From NCBI GenBank assembly GCA_030620115.1, contig JAUXFG010000003.1, forward strand, positions 1 to 56,865: a stretch of 56,865 nt of DNA, read 5' to 3'. This document shows positions 8,216 through 18,400 of the stretch, one piece after another; positions within the stretch are counted from its first letter, which is position 1, and the number at the start of each line of letters is the position of its first letter. The position numbers and the translations under genes are program-made. The notes beneath the pieces were generated by a model. That model did no database searches and was not told the origin of the DNA. It saw only the letters and a program-made list of their open reading frames with translations. This DNA is from Candidatus Fermentibacterota bacterium. GTDB taxonomy: Bacteria; JAFGKV01.

Positions 8216-10477
8216 TCAGGCACCGTTTATTCTTTGAGCTTCCGTGCGGTTCTTCTCCCTGGTACACCAGTGCACTCCGGAGAGACCGGGCTCGATCACC
8301 TGGAATGCGCAGAACCTCTTTGCGCCCTTCCTTGCCGCGTTAGGAGCATCGCTCTTGAAAGTGATGACATGGTCCCCAGGAGGAACAACCATATCGTTTT
8401 CGAGCAATTGGGGTTCTCTTGAAAGCTCAACCGAGTCGCGAAAGAGCTTGCTGTCAATCACCAATTGCGAAGAGTGGGACTGGGGAGATCCAAGGCTCAT
8501 CACGAGGGTACATTCGATGGTTCGGTCGGAGAGATTGTGTATCCATAGTTCACCGCACGGTTGACACCAACGCCAGCTGTTCGTCGCCATCTTCTCCATC
8601 CCGTAGAAGCCGCGACGCCAGGACAGCTGCAGATGCTCCTTGGCTCGTTTCCTTTCCCATTCATCCAGACCATACTGATTCCGGATCACATTGGAGTACT
8701 CCGATATCTGAAAGAAAACAAGCCTTCCACCCTCGCTTTCAAGGGGTTCTTGGTGCAGCAATCCTCGGAGTCGCGCGACAATCTTCTCTCCAGAATCAGC
8801 GTACCCATATCGATCGATGTACACGCCTGCAAACCCCATTAGACACAAGCTTTCCACCATCTTGTTGACCTTCTTTGTTGACGTTTTTCTCAGCCAAAGG
8901 TCTCCCGGGCGATCCCTCATAGCACCGAAGCTCCATCTGAGTGACTTCGAGTGAAGATATGCCATGAGATGATCATATGAACCCATCTTGTGTCGCTTGG
9001 TCTCTGGCCAGGGATGGTGGGGCAACTGAAAAACCATTGAATTCTTGGGTACCCGGCTTTCTATCCCGCGTATGAAGGCGGCATCAGCCTTATATTGCTG
9101 CTTTGTCGTCTCGTATTCAAGAACGTTCGAAACTCCCCGCATATAGCCTTCCGCAGTCTGATCAAATATGCCAGTAACAAGAAATGCCCCCAATATGAGG
9201 AAAAAAGCTGCTCGCCCAGCTTTGCCTCTTGAAAGCCTCTTGCCCAACGAATCCAATACTATAAAAAAGGCCGCAATTGCCAAGAAGGCGATAACAACAG
9301 TGATCCTATCGTAGGCTCTAATCTTTGGTGTGACCAAGAGAGCAAACAGATACCCAAGATTACCTACCGTAGCTAGTAACAACAGCCATATGTTCATTAT
9401 AGAGAGCTGGCGAAGTCGTGAGTCAGACCGTCGCAAAGACCCCATCTTGAGTATCTCGACAAAAAGGATCAGCAAGCCTATGACTCCCACCAGACCGAGG
9501 TAGTTACCCGGGTTCAACCTCCGGCCTCGATGGGCAACACGGTGGTCGCTCAACACCTGATCAATGGTAGGAATCCCCTGGCAACCCATTGGGATCACAA
9601 GGCCATTGATCTCCAAGCCCAGTCTTAGCGCCTCCCGCGGACCTCGCTGCACGGCAGAAGGATTCGAGCCGTGTGCTCGGCTATGGGCGAAAACAGGTAG
9701 ATGATTCGCAGTAGACACAAGGAGGATGACGACGATAAGTCCGCATGCGGAGACGAAAGGCGCCTTCCTTCTCTTGCTCAGTGTAGCCGATAGACCGGAC
9801 ACCATGAGGGTGTAGATGCTGAAAAAGATAAAGTAGATATCTGCTAATGCGATCAAGGCGCATGCGAGAACAGAACATAGGAGACGGAAGCGATTCACGT
9901 TAAACAAAGACCTCAATGCCCCAAGAGATCGCCAGACTTCGCTATCATTTCCCACCTGCATGGCAAGCATCACGGCCATCGGAATTATGTAATAGGCGCT
10001 AAGGAATAAGTGCCCTTCACCCCTCATGAAGTGATAGGGAATCAGACTATAAAGAACAGCCGCCACAACTGCCGACGAATAGGAGAGTCGAATCTGTCGT
10101 AGTGCGAAGACAGCAGAAATGGCAACAAGAGGGAATGTGAGCAAGTAATACGAATTTACTAGCAGGGCATAGTTCCCAAGAAACACGGACAGAATCTTCA
10201 TAATGATGAAGTCTATTGTGTGGAGACCTGGGTAGTCATAGAGGACCCAGCCAGTCGGCATTCCTATGTATGAGTTATGTGTGTACCATCCATTATCAAG
10301 CATTGCCTTTGTGTACACTAGGCCGGTGATAGCATCCCCTCCATACCTAAAGGGGATCGAAAGCCCTACATCCCAAAGCTCGAGACGCCACGTCACGATA
10401 GCAGCCGAAAGCACAGCCGCCAAGCCATAGGCGATCAGTGCGGAACGAATCTCTGTACTGACTCGACAAGATCTCAA
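8216..10477 (-). CDS. large polytopic membrane protein with C-terminal extracytoplasmic domain (uncharacterised; envelope glycan/phosphoglycerol-transferase-like architecture)
   Basis: About 12-14 hydrophobic segments over the first ~440 aa, then a ~300-aa soluble domain (FQLPHHPWPE, LRWSFGAMRDRPGD, GFAGVYIDRYGY, SWRWC). TTG start 6 nt after GGAGAGG. The precise family is not recognised. Confidence 0.7.
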   Translation of the reverse strand: MRSCRVSTEIRSALIAYGLAAVLSAAIVTWRLELWDVGLSIPFRYGGDAITGLVYTKAMLDNGWYTHNSYIGMPTGWVLYDYPGLHTIDFIIMKILSVFLGNYALLVNSYYLLTFPLVAISAVFALRQIRLSYSSAVVAAVLYSLIPYHFMRGEGHLFLSAYYIIPMAVMLAMQVGNDSEVWRSLGALRSLFNVNRFRLLCSVLACALIALADIYFIFFSIYTLMVSGLSATLSKRRKAPFVSACGLIVVILLVSTANHLPVFAHSRAHGSNPSAVQRGPREALRLGLEINGLVIPMGCQGIPTIDQVLSDHRVAHRGRRLNPGNYLGLVGVIGLLILFVEILKMGSLRRSDSRLRQLSIMNIWLLLLATVGNLGYLFALLVTPKIRAYDRITVVIAFLAIAAFFIVLDSLGKRLSRGKAGRAAFFLILGAFLVTGIFDQTAEGYMRGVSNVLEYETTKQQYKADAAFIRGIESRVPKNSMVFQLPHHPWPETKRHKMGSYDHLMAYLHSKSLRWSFGAMRDRPGDLWLRKTSTKKVNKMVESLCLMGFAGVYIDRYGYADSGEKIVARLRGLLHQEPLESEGGRLVFFQISEYSNVIRNQYGLDEWERKRAKEHLQLSWRRGFYGMEKMATNSWRWCQPCGELWIHNLSDRTIECTLVMSLGSPQSHSSQLVIDSKLFRDSVELSREPQLLENDMVVPPGDHVITFKSDAPNAARKGAKRFCAFQVIEPGLSGVHWCTREKNRTEAQRINGA

Positions 10478-11648
10478 GTCAAACCTCTCCCCCGACTCAC
10501 TCGATGGAGTATCTTGCCCTATGCCCCACGCCTGCAGATCGCCAACGCCACTGGCTCTCTGAATCCGGCCCCACCAACAAAGGCCAATGATACATTGCTT
10601 TGTGAGTGCAACTTCACCGTGTTCGGGATGCTCTCTATGTGATACCTCTAACCATCATACTAAGTTGATGAGAGACAGTCAAGCGTGGATGGATTGGCCA
10701 AGTGGCAGGAGTGATTCTAGCGTAGAGACAGATCCCTCTTCGAGATTCGACTGGACCCCTCGTATGTGAGGCCCAGAGCGCATTCGGTGGCAGATCATTG
10801 TAGCAGGACTCACCCTTCACCTCTGCAAGCTCAGATAGTGGTGGAATTGGCAGATCGAGGCACAGATCGTGGTGATCGACGCAAATAGCACAAGATCACC
10901 CAAGCATGGCATCCTCATGGACGGGATACTGAACGACAGTCAATCGCCGCCGATCTTCTCCTGGTCAGGGCATATTGCGAAGCGCGGGATGCATGAAGGA
11001 AGAATCGAGAGAATCGACATCCACCCATCGATTCTGGATACCATATGAATACCCTCAAAAATACACTCGACAAGTGCGATTCAAAGGACGAGTTCGCTTC
11101 CCTCCTTCAATGGGGCACTCCAGCGAGATCAGGTTTTCAGCCAGATCCGTGGTGCTGCGATTCGATGCGGGAGGTGGAAGCTATGGAGAAAGCCTTCAGG
11201 GAATACAAAGCTGTGTGATCTGATATCTGATCCTGCAGAACATGCAGACATGGCCTCAATTATGTATCAGACGCCTCATGCACTCGCGACCACACTGAAG
11301 GAGTTGGAGAACGGATTGATCAATCCCACATATCCTCCCACATTCACGAAGAATTCAGTCGCGCAAGAGGAGGGGATTGAATTCCAGACCGGGTTGAGAG
11401 CGTGCCGTCAGACTTCCCGAGCTCATTCGGCTTGACGGGGCCTTGCCTCTTCGATAGTCTGGGCAGGCAACGCCTGTCATGATGTGTCTTTCATGAGCCG
11501 GTAAAGGATCCCCCAGAGGATGAGGACTGGTTGCATGGGAGGCGCCGTCCTCATTGGCATGTGACGCACCGTACGAGACCGTGGTCAGGGACATCATGGC
11601 CTGATACCGGGTGTCATGCCGGGATCTTGGTATCCTTGCCGAGGGAAG

Positions 11649-13838
11649 ATGAGTATGAAGAGAACGTTGTCTTCCGGCAGAGTATTGCTCCAGGCTATGT
11701 CAGCAATTCTGATTCTTTCCCTCTCCAGATGTGATAGCCAGGTCGACAGGTTGCTCCTGGCTGATTTGCGGGAAGCGGCCTGGGTTGAGGAGGATCAGAG
11801 GGAAATAAGCCCTGGCGAAGAAGGAGTTCAGTCGTTTTTTGCGGGATTCCAGGCATGCAGCGACACCGGTCGTGCTCTTCACCGTCGAAACGGTACGATT
11901 GCTTTGAAGACGATCTCGGGGACGCCCAGAAGAGTCTCTCTCGCCATGCGCATTCCGTATGGAGGTGGGCAGGTCCGTGTCTTCGGACAAGATCGTCGCA
12001 AAGTCTACTCCGAACCCCTCTCAGCAGGGCAGCGCACCATATCATTCATCGTGGAGGGTTCGCCTCCCCAGGAGGGGAGGCGAACCCTCAGGCTCCGTTG
12101 GGATCCGACCATTCCCGATGGTCGAATATGGCCGGCTCTTGTGGTCACGGGCATTACGGTGGATCCCGTTGATGCGCGCGTTTCGCTGTCGACCGTGATA
12201 TGGGACAGTCTGGCGAATCGTGTCTCTATGGGTCCTGGTTGCAGCATTTCGGTATTCCTCGTTCCACAGAAAGGCGCACGGATCAGGGGATATGCTGAGG
12301 GCGGTCATGGGCCGGGCTTCATTACCGTTGACACCGATGATCGCGAGTCATCGGTGATCTGGGTGCACGGCACGCATAGAGATGAGAGTGATATCGATGC
12401 CTCGCTAGAGGCATGGGAGGACGAGAGGCTTATCGAGGTCCGATTCGTATCTCCGCTCCAAAGCGACACGTTGGTGTGGCGCGAGGTTGAATTCAGCAAT
12501 ATGAGAGCCTTCACCCCCGGAATAATGGATGAGAGTCCTCCCGCCCTGCCGAAGCAGGTGGGCTCAAACAGCCAAGCGCCCAATGTGCTTCTCTATCTCG
12601 TGGATACGGTACGTCGTGACCATCTGCAGATCTATGGATACGAGCGCGAAACCACACCCGGTATTCGCTCTCAGATCGGGGAATGGACCGTTTGGGACAG
12701 CTGCCTAAGCCTTTCCTCCTGGACGAGACCCGCCACCGCGAGCTTGCTGACAGGCCTCGATCCAGTGGCACATGGGGCAAACACCGATGAAGAGTCTATC
12801 CATCCTGATATCCGCCTGATCTGGGAAGATCTCCACGACGAAGGATACGAGACTGCTTTCTTCTCTACCAATGGGCATGTTTCCGCGAACTGGGGCTTTA
12901 CCAGAGGCATCGATCATTATGCCTACCTTCCTGCCAGACCATGGAGGCACGGTTTCACCGTGACGGCTGACTCCTTGCATGCAACATTCATGCGATGGCT
13001 TGATGAGAAGCGCGATACCCACCGACCATTCTTTGCCTACCTTCATGCCATGGAGCCCCACGCGCCCTACACGCCGCCGCTAGATCTCGTTCCGAAATAC
13101 TACCCGGATGGTATCAGGCGGCTTGAGGAGGTGTCGGCGGAGCGGATCAACGACTTCAACTGCCCATACGGCGATTATGAACCATGGCACCCAAAGGCAT
13201 TGATGGGATTGTATGACGCTGAGATTGCCGGCTGGGATCGAGCATTCTGTCTCCTTCTGGATTCGTTGGAGCGCAGACATCTGCTCGATGCTACCATCAT
13301 CATCGTCACCAGCGATCATGGAGAGGAGTTCGCGGATCACGGTGCGTTTTCGCACGGCCGTACGCTCTATAGAGAGCAAATGGAAGTTCCCTTTCTGGCC
13401 AGGGTCCCCGGGCTTCCGGGCGGAAGAGTGGCAACTCCGATGGATCATCGCGATGTGGCTGGCTTGATCTCATGGTTGCTCTGCGGCAAGAGCCCGCTCC
13501 AATGGGAACCCCGGCTGCGTGATGCCCGCGTGGCGTTTCTTTCGCGACGAGAACACCAGCGCGCGAGAGTCCAGAGAGGAGACCTCTGTGTGATTTGGAA
13601 CATGACCAGGATGACAAGCTGCGATCGAATGGGCAGGGATCTTGAGGTCTATGTGGACGATCCCTTGGAGCTCGCCTCTTCCCTAGATCGCCACAAGACA
13701 ACGGCGAGGGCCTATCGTGGTGCGCTCATGCGGTGGTGGAGGAAACGTCTGGAGCGGAGGCAACTCCCTACCGCTCTGGACCAAGAAACGATGCATATGC
13801 TGGAACTGCTGGGCTATGTCACCAACGAAGGTTCATAG
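11649..13838 (+). CDS. sulfatase-fold (alkaline phosphatase superfamily) protein with ~300-aa N-terminal beta-rich domain (paralog P2)
   Basis: LYLVDTVRRDHL ... SSWTRPATASLLTG ... VTSDHGEEFADHG. N-terminal signal/anchor ends in LSLSRCDS. Start chosen at the ATG 4 nt after GAGG (the ORF opens at 11616). C-terminus is LELLGYVTNEGS. Confidence 0.8.
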   Translation: MSMKRTLSSGRVLLQAMSAILILSLSRCDSQVDRLLLADLREAAWVEEDQREISPGEEGVQSFFAGFQACSDTGRALHRRNGTIALKTISGTPRRVSLAMRIPYGGGQVRVFGQDRRKVYSEPLSAGQRTISFIVEGSPPQEGRRTLRLRWDPTIPDGRIWPALVVTGITVDPVDARVSLSTVIWDSLANRVSMGPGCSISVFLVPQKGARIRGYAEGGHGPGFITVDTDDRESSVIWVHGTHRDESDIDASLEAWEDERLIEVRFVSPLQSDTLVWREVEFSNMRAFTPGIMDESPPALPKQVGSNSQAPNVLLYLVDTVRRDHLQIYGYERETTPGIRSQIGEWTVWDSCLSLSSWTRPATASLLTGLDPVAHGANTDEESIHPDIRLIWEDLHDEGYETAFFSTNGHVSANWGFTRGIDHYAYLPARPWRHGFTVTADSLHATFMRWLDEKRDTHRPFFAYLHAMEPHAPYTPPLDLVPKYYPDGIRRLEEVSAERINDFNCPYGDYEPWHPKALMGLYDAEIAGWDRAFCLLLDSLERRHLLDATIIIVTSDHGEEFADHGAFSHGRTLYREQMEVPFLARVPGLPGGRVATPMDHRDVAGLISWLLCGKSPLQWEPRLRDARVAFLSRREHQRARVQRGDLCVIWNMTRMTSCDRMGRDLEVYVDDPLELASSLDRHKTTARAYRGALMRWWRKRLERRQLPTALDQETMHMLELLGYVTNEGS

Positions 13839-13878
13839 TCGGGGTATTCGTCAACGCACGGTTGCACCGGAAGCTACC

Positions 13879-16041
13879 CTACTCGTCCGTGAGGTACCCG
13901 AGGAGACGCAACTGCTCCGAGAGCCTCTCATCGAGCCTGCTGGCCTGCATATGGGAGAGAGAAAGCCTCCGAACCCAACTTTCAAGGGCCCCGCGTCCGG
14001 CACCGCATAAGACCTGATAGCCATCTGTCATATCATCGATCTCCCCGGTTCCGTACGCGTAAAGCTCCATTTGCGGTGCTACTCCATCGCACACCCTGAC
14101 CGGAGAGATATTCCATATCAACGAGAACTGGCCGTCGTCGATCCTTGCGATCTCTATGGCCCTCAGACTGAGATGAGCGATCCTGAGTGACCGTTCTTTC
14201 GGTCGCCACGCCGAAGCATCGTTTCCCTCAGCGACCCAGCGCAATAAGTCACCGATGTCTCTATGATCGAGCACAACGTTGCTTTTCCCACCACCTTGTC
14301 CGGGAATACGAGCAAGAAGGGGAACATCCAATTGCTCGGAGTAGAGAGTCGTCCCGTGGGAAAAACCGCCATGCTCCGCGAATTCCTCCCCGTGATCGCT
14401 AGTGAGCACCACGATGGTGCGATCCAACAGGCCGCGGACAGCGAGTGAATCCAAGAGGTGAGAGAAATCCGCATCCCAGCCCGCAATCTCGGCATCGTAG
14501 AGGGCCGAAGCACTTTGTACTTCCCAGCTTTTATACCTTCCCGGGCAGATCATGGACATCAACTCCGGGCCGGTCATTTCCGCTCTTCGAGGGATACCCT
14601 CAGGGTAGAGCTTCACAAGGAATTCCGGTCGTGGGGTGTAGGGAATGTGAGGATCGGTGGCATGGAGATACGCAAAGAAAGGTCTGGCCTTGTCAATCCT
14701 GTTGTCCACCCAATGCAAGAAGGACAGGTGGAGCGAATCAGCCGGGAAATGCACCTTTCGTCTCAGCTTTGACTCACGAAAGAGCATGTAATGATCCACA
14801 TTCCTGGCGAAACCCCATTGCCTCGAAATATGGGCATTGGTCGAGAGAAACGCCGTCTCATACCCCGCATCGGCAAAGGAATCCCAGACGAATCCGATAT
14901 CAGCGGCAAGGGAGTCATCGTCATCGAGAGCCCCGTGGCAAACTGGATCGAGGCCCGTGAGCAAGGTGGCTGTGGAAGCCTTGGTCCAGGAGGAAAGGCT
15001 CCGACAGTCATCCCAGACATCCCATTCGCGCAAGCTGCCCAACAGTCCGGGGGTAGTGGATCTCTCATAGCCGTAAATCTGCAATCGGTCTCGTCGAATA
15101 GTATCAATCAGATAGAGGATCACGTTGTAGGGCTTTTCCGTGGGCGCAAGGGGGCCGGTGGAGATGCTCTCGTGAGCAATCGAGTAATGAGGCACCTGTG
15201 CATCGATGAACGTGATCTCATCCCAAGTCGCCTCACCTCGTGGAGCAAGAATTTCAAAAGAGACAGCAATAAGGTCACGGCCGACATGACGATCGAGAGC
15301 AACCCGGAAGGGTCGGGGTCGCTCCGATAGCTCATGATCCCAGAGGATGTCGGGTTCCTCGCCGTCAACGCACATGGTGATGCGGCCGATGCCACCCACA
15401 CCGCTCACGGAGCCCCTGACGAAGGCATCTCTCCCGCGTTCGACATAGACCTCCACCCGACAGCCATCACCCATTATTAGTCGATTTTCCGCCACCCTCA
15501 ACGATACGAAAGAGAGGCATTCTTTGGGATCGGTTGATTGGATCCGAATCCTCCGGACGACCAAGCGACGAGGGGACGCATCGTCACTCGCATTCGGGTT
15601 CCAGCGAAACCTGATCCGATTCCTTCCCCTCATTATAGTATCCGAGGGCAGCGGGAATCGGATATGGCGCATTCCCCCTGGAAGGTCTCCTTCGAAAACA
15701 CACTCTTTGCCTGGTCCAAGAATCGCCAGATGCCCCCCAGGCATCGGGATCGTCAACTCAACATCAACCGTCTTGTCACAGCGCGAGACGCTATAGAGAT
15801 CTATGTCTGCATTTCTATGTTTCAATGCACGCCCGGAGTCGCCGGGTGCCAAGAATCCTTGAATGAAGAACGGATTGCCCCGCTTGTCGGAGGGAATGAT
15901 TTCGATGTCCTGTTCGATCGATGCAGTGTCCCATGACTCAACGAGAGTGAGATTGTGTTTGTTATCCCGACACCTCACCACCAAGATGATCAAGACAGAG
16001 CAGAGGACGATGCCTGCTTTCTTGATGAGCGATCCGGTCAC
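13879..16041 (-). CDS. sulfatase-fold (alkaline phosphatase superfamily) protein, paralog P3 of 11649-13838
   Basis: Collinear with P2 along its whole length: LYLIDTIRRDRL, SSWTKASTATLLTG, LTSDHGEEFAEHG, C-terminal LRLLGYLTDE. The ORF opens at 16239 but would overlap tex by 139 nt. The GTG at 16041 starts just before the anchor helix (VTGSLIKKAGIVLCSVLIILVVRCRD). The start is uncertain. Confidence 0.75.
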   Translation of the reverse strand: MTGSLIKKAGIVLCSVLIILVVRCRDNKHNLTLVESWDTASIEQDIEIIPSDKRGNPFFIQGFLAPGDSGRALKHRNADIDLYSVSRCDKTVDVELTIPMPGGHLAILGPGKECVFEGDLPGGMRHIRFPLPSDTIMRGRNRIRFRWNPNASDDASPRRLVVRRIRIQSTDPKECLSFVSLRVAENRLIMGDGCRVEVYVERGRDAFVRGSVSGVGGIGRITMCVDGEEPDILWDHELSERPRPFRVALDRHVGRDLIAVSFEILAPRGEATWDEITFIDAQVPHYSIAHESISTGPLAPTEKPYNVILYLIDTIRRDRLQIYGYERSTTPGLLGSLREWDVWDDCRSLSSWTKASTATLLTGLDPVCHGALDDDDSLAADIGFVWDSFADAGYETAFLSTNAHISRQWGFARNVDHYMLFRESKLRRKVHFPADSLHLSFLHWVDNRIDKARPFFAYLHATDPHIPYTPRPEFLVKLYPEGIPRRAEMTGPELMSMICPGRYKSWEVQSASALYDAEIAGWDADFSHLLDSLAVRGLLDRTIVVLTSDHGEEFAEHGGFSHGTTLYSEQLDVPLLARIPGQGGGKSNVVLDHRDIGDLLRWVAEGNDASAWRPKERSLRIAHLSLRAIEIARIDDGQFSLIWNISPVRVCDGVAPQMELYAYGTGEIDDMTDGYQVLCGAGRGALESWVRRLSLSHMQASRLDERLSEQLRLLGYLTDE

Positions 16042-16100
16042 GAGCAGCAGATCTTGGGCGCAGGAGCCCTGTGCCGCCCGAGAATCGGGATGGAAGGCAT

Positions 16101-18386
16101 CTATGTCTTCGTTCCCCCGAAGTGTGCGGCAAGGTCCTTGATTTTCTGGTCCAGATCGTCCTTTCTCCGTGTGGAAGAGTGATGTGACTTGCGCTTTCTG
16201 CGTCGCCCAGTAGGTGGTTTTGTGCTCACAGGAATACATTTTTTCCTGGAGAGAGAAATGCGGTGCCGCTTGAGATCCACGTCGAGTACTTCCACATCAA
16301 TGAGATCACCAACCTTCACCACATTGCCGGGATCCTCAACGAAACGATTATCTAGTTCCGAAACGTGCACGAGACCGTCTTGATGCACACCTATATCCAC
16401 AAATGCGCCAAATCGTGTGACATTGGTGACCTTTCCCTGGAGTTTCATGCCCTTCTCGAGATCTGCAATCTCGTTCACGTCCTCTCGAAAACGCGGCGCA
16501 GCAAACTCCGCGCGAGGATCCCGGCCGGGTTTGAGCAGCTCCGCCTTGATGTCCTGCAAGGTATGCTCGCCGACCTCCGGAACCTTGGCAGTGAAATGCT
16601 GAAGATCAATCTTCTCGACGAGTTTGTCGTTTCCCACGAGCTCCTTCACTGTGATACCCACCATCGTGGCCATCTGCTCGACGATGCCATACGATTCGGG
16701 GTGTACTCCCGAATTATCGAGTGGGTGGTCAGCGCCACGAATTCGAAGAAACCCTGCGCACTGCTGAAAGGTCTTTTCACCAAGACCTTTCACATCCAAC
16801 AAGTCCGAACGGCTCCTGAATGGACCGTGGCCTTCCCTATGTTGAATAACATTCCTTGCGATCCGGTCGGTGAGGCCCGATGTGTAACGCAGCAATGACC
16901 AGGACGAGGTGTTGAGTTCCACCCCAACTTTATTCACGCAAGACTCCACGGTTCGTCCGAGGCTCTCCTTCAGCTTCTTCTGGTCCACATCATGTTGATA
17001 CTGACCGACGCCCAATGATTTGGGATCGATCTTTACCAGCTCTGCCAACGGATCCTGCAGCCTTCGAGCAATACTCAAGGCGCCACGAATGGTCACGTCG
17101 AGGTCAGGATGCTCTTCACGAGCTATATCGGATGCTGAGTAGACCGAAGCACCAGTCTCATTCACCATCACGCTGAATGCCCCAAACGACGTGTCCTTCA
17201 AGGAATCATGCACAAAATAATCTGTTTCTCGGGAGGCCGTACCATTCCCCACGGCCACCGCCCTCACGGCATGCTTGGACAAAAGCGCATGCAATGTCTT
17301 GCTCGCACGCTTGGTATCCTTGCGGGGGGCCGTAGGGTAGATGGTTGCCGCTTCTAGGAATTTCCCCGTGCCATCAACCACCGCAACTTTGCATCCAGTA
17401 CGAAACCCCGGATCAATGCCCAGAACACATATGGAACCCGCCGGTGGTGAGAGAAGGAGATTCTGCAGGTTTTCCTCGAAGACCCGTATCGCTTCCTCAT
17501 CCGAATGCGATTTCAGATCCGCACGGATCTCGGTCTCGATGCTGGGCTTGAGGAGGCGGATGAATGAATCACCGATCGCATTCGCCAGGTGGGCGCCCCA
17601 TGGCGATGCAGGCTTCACCTGGTAGCGCTTCATTATCGATTGAATGGCTTCATCTTCCTCATCAAGTGCGATCTGGAATGCAAGCACATCCTCGTTCGCG
17701 CCGCGCCGTATTGCCAACATGCGATGCGAAGGAATCGTGGCCACGGGCTCGCTGAACCCATCGTACATGTCATACTTGGTCGGACCTTCAATGAGTTTCT
17801 TGGCACGCACCTTCCCCTTGGTCAATATCCTCCGGCGAAGATCCGCACGGATCATAGAATCCTCTGCCACAATCTCCGCGACGATATGCCTTGCCCCTTC
17901 CAGGGCAGACGCGACATCATCAATGCCTTTTTCGGGGTCCACATAACCCTGGGCGACCTCTTCGGGCATCCCCCCATCCGGGGTCTGTGCCAACACGGCC
18001 CTAGCCAGCGGCTCCAAGCCGCGTTCTCGGGCTATGGTAGCCTTGGTTCTCCTCTTTGGTTTGAACGGCAGGTACAAGTCCTCCAAGCTCGATTTCTCAT
18101 TGCATTCCATGATGCGGGCTTGGAGCTCATCGGTAAGATTGCCCTGGTCGCGTATGGTAGTCAGAACCGTTGATCTCCTCTCCACAAGCTCCACGTAGTA
18201 TCGATGCCGATCCTGGATTTGGAAGATCTGTTTGTCGTCAAGGTTGCCGGTGGTATCCTTCCTGTATCTGGCAATGAAGGGGACGGTGGCGCCCTCAGTA
18301 AGGAGGGCGATGGTTCGGGAGACCTGAGGAGGATTCGCCCCTGCCTCCGTCGCAATAAGCTCGAGAAACCTCTGTTCAAGTTCCAT
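16101..18386 (-). CDS. tex: Tex family transcription accessory protein (YqgF/HhH/S1 domains)
   Basis: N-terminus ...VSRTIALLTEGATVPFIARYRKDTTGNLDD, C-terminal S1 domain (GKVTNVTRFGAFVDIG) and a basic tail. 761 aa. AAGGAG precedes the ATG. Confidence 0.95.
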   Translation of the reverse strand: MELEQRFLELIATEAGANPPQVSRTIALLTEGATVPFIARYRKDTTGNLDDKQIFQIQDRHRYYVELVERRSTVLTTIRDQGNLTDELQARIMECNEKSSLEDLYLPFKPKRRTKATIARERGLEPLARAVLAQTPDGGMPEEVAQGYVDPEKGIDDVASALEGARHIVAEIVAEDSMIRADLRRRILTKGKVRAKKLIEGPTKYDMYDGFSEPVATIPSHRMLAIRRGANEDVLAFQIALDEEDEAIQSIMKRYQVKPASPWGAHLANAIGDSFIRLLKPSIETEIRADLKSHSDEEAIRVFEENLQNLLLSPPAGSICVLGIDPGFRTGCKVAVVDGTGKFLEAATIYPTAPRKDTKRASKTLHALLSKHAVRAVAVGNGTASRETDYFVHDSLKDTSFGAFSVMVNETGASVYSASDIAREEHPDLDVTIRGALSIARRLQDPLAELVKIDPKSLGVGQYQHDVDQKKLKESLGRTVESCVNKVGVELNTSSWSLLRYTSGLTDRIARNVIQHREGHGPFRSRSDLLDVKGLGEKTFQQCAGFLRIRGADHPLDNSGVHPESYGIVEQMATMVGITVKELVGNDKLVEKIDLQHFTAKVPEVGEHTLQDIKAELLKPGRDPRAEFAAPRFREDVNEIADLEKGMKLQGKVTNVTRFGAFVDIGVHQDGLVHVSELDNRFVEDPGNVVKVGDLIDVEVLDVDLKRHRISLSRKKCIPVSTKPPTGRRRKRKSHHSSTRRKDDLDQKIKDLAAHFGGTKT

Positions 18387-18400
18387 ACTGCTCCTTGTTA

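Noticed and set aside
16042-16239. N-terminal extension of paralog P3 back to the first start in the ORF (MYSCEHK...)
   Set aside because: It would overlap the tex 3' end by 139 nt on the same strand. It also precedes the anchor helix, which aligns with the N-terminus of P2.
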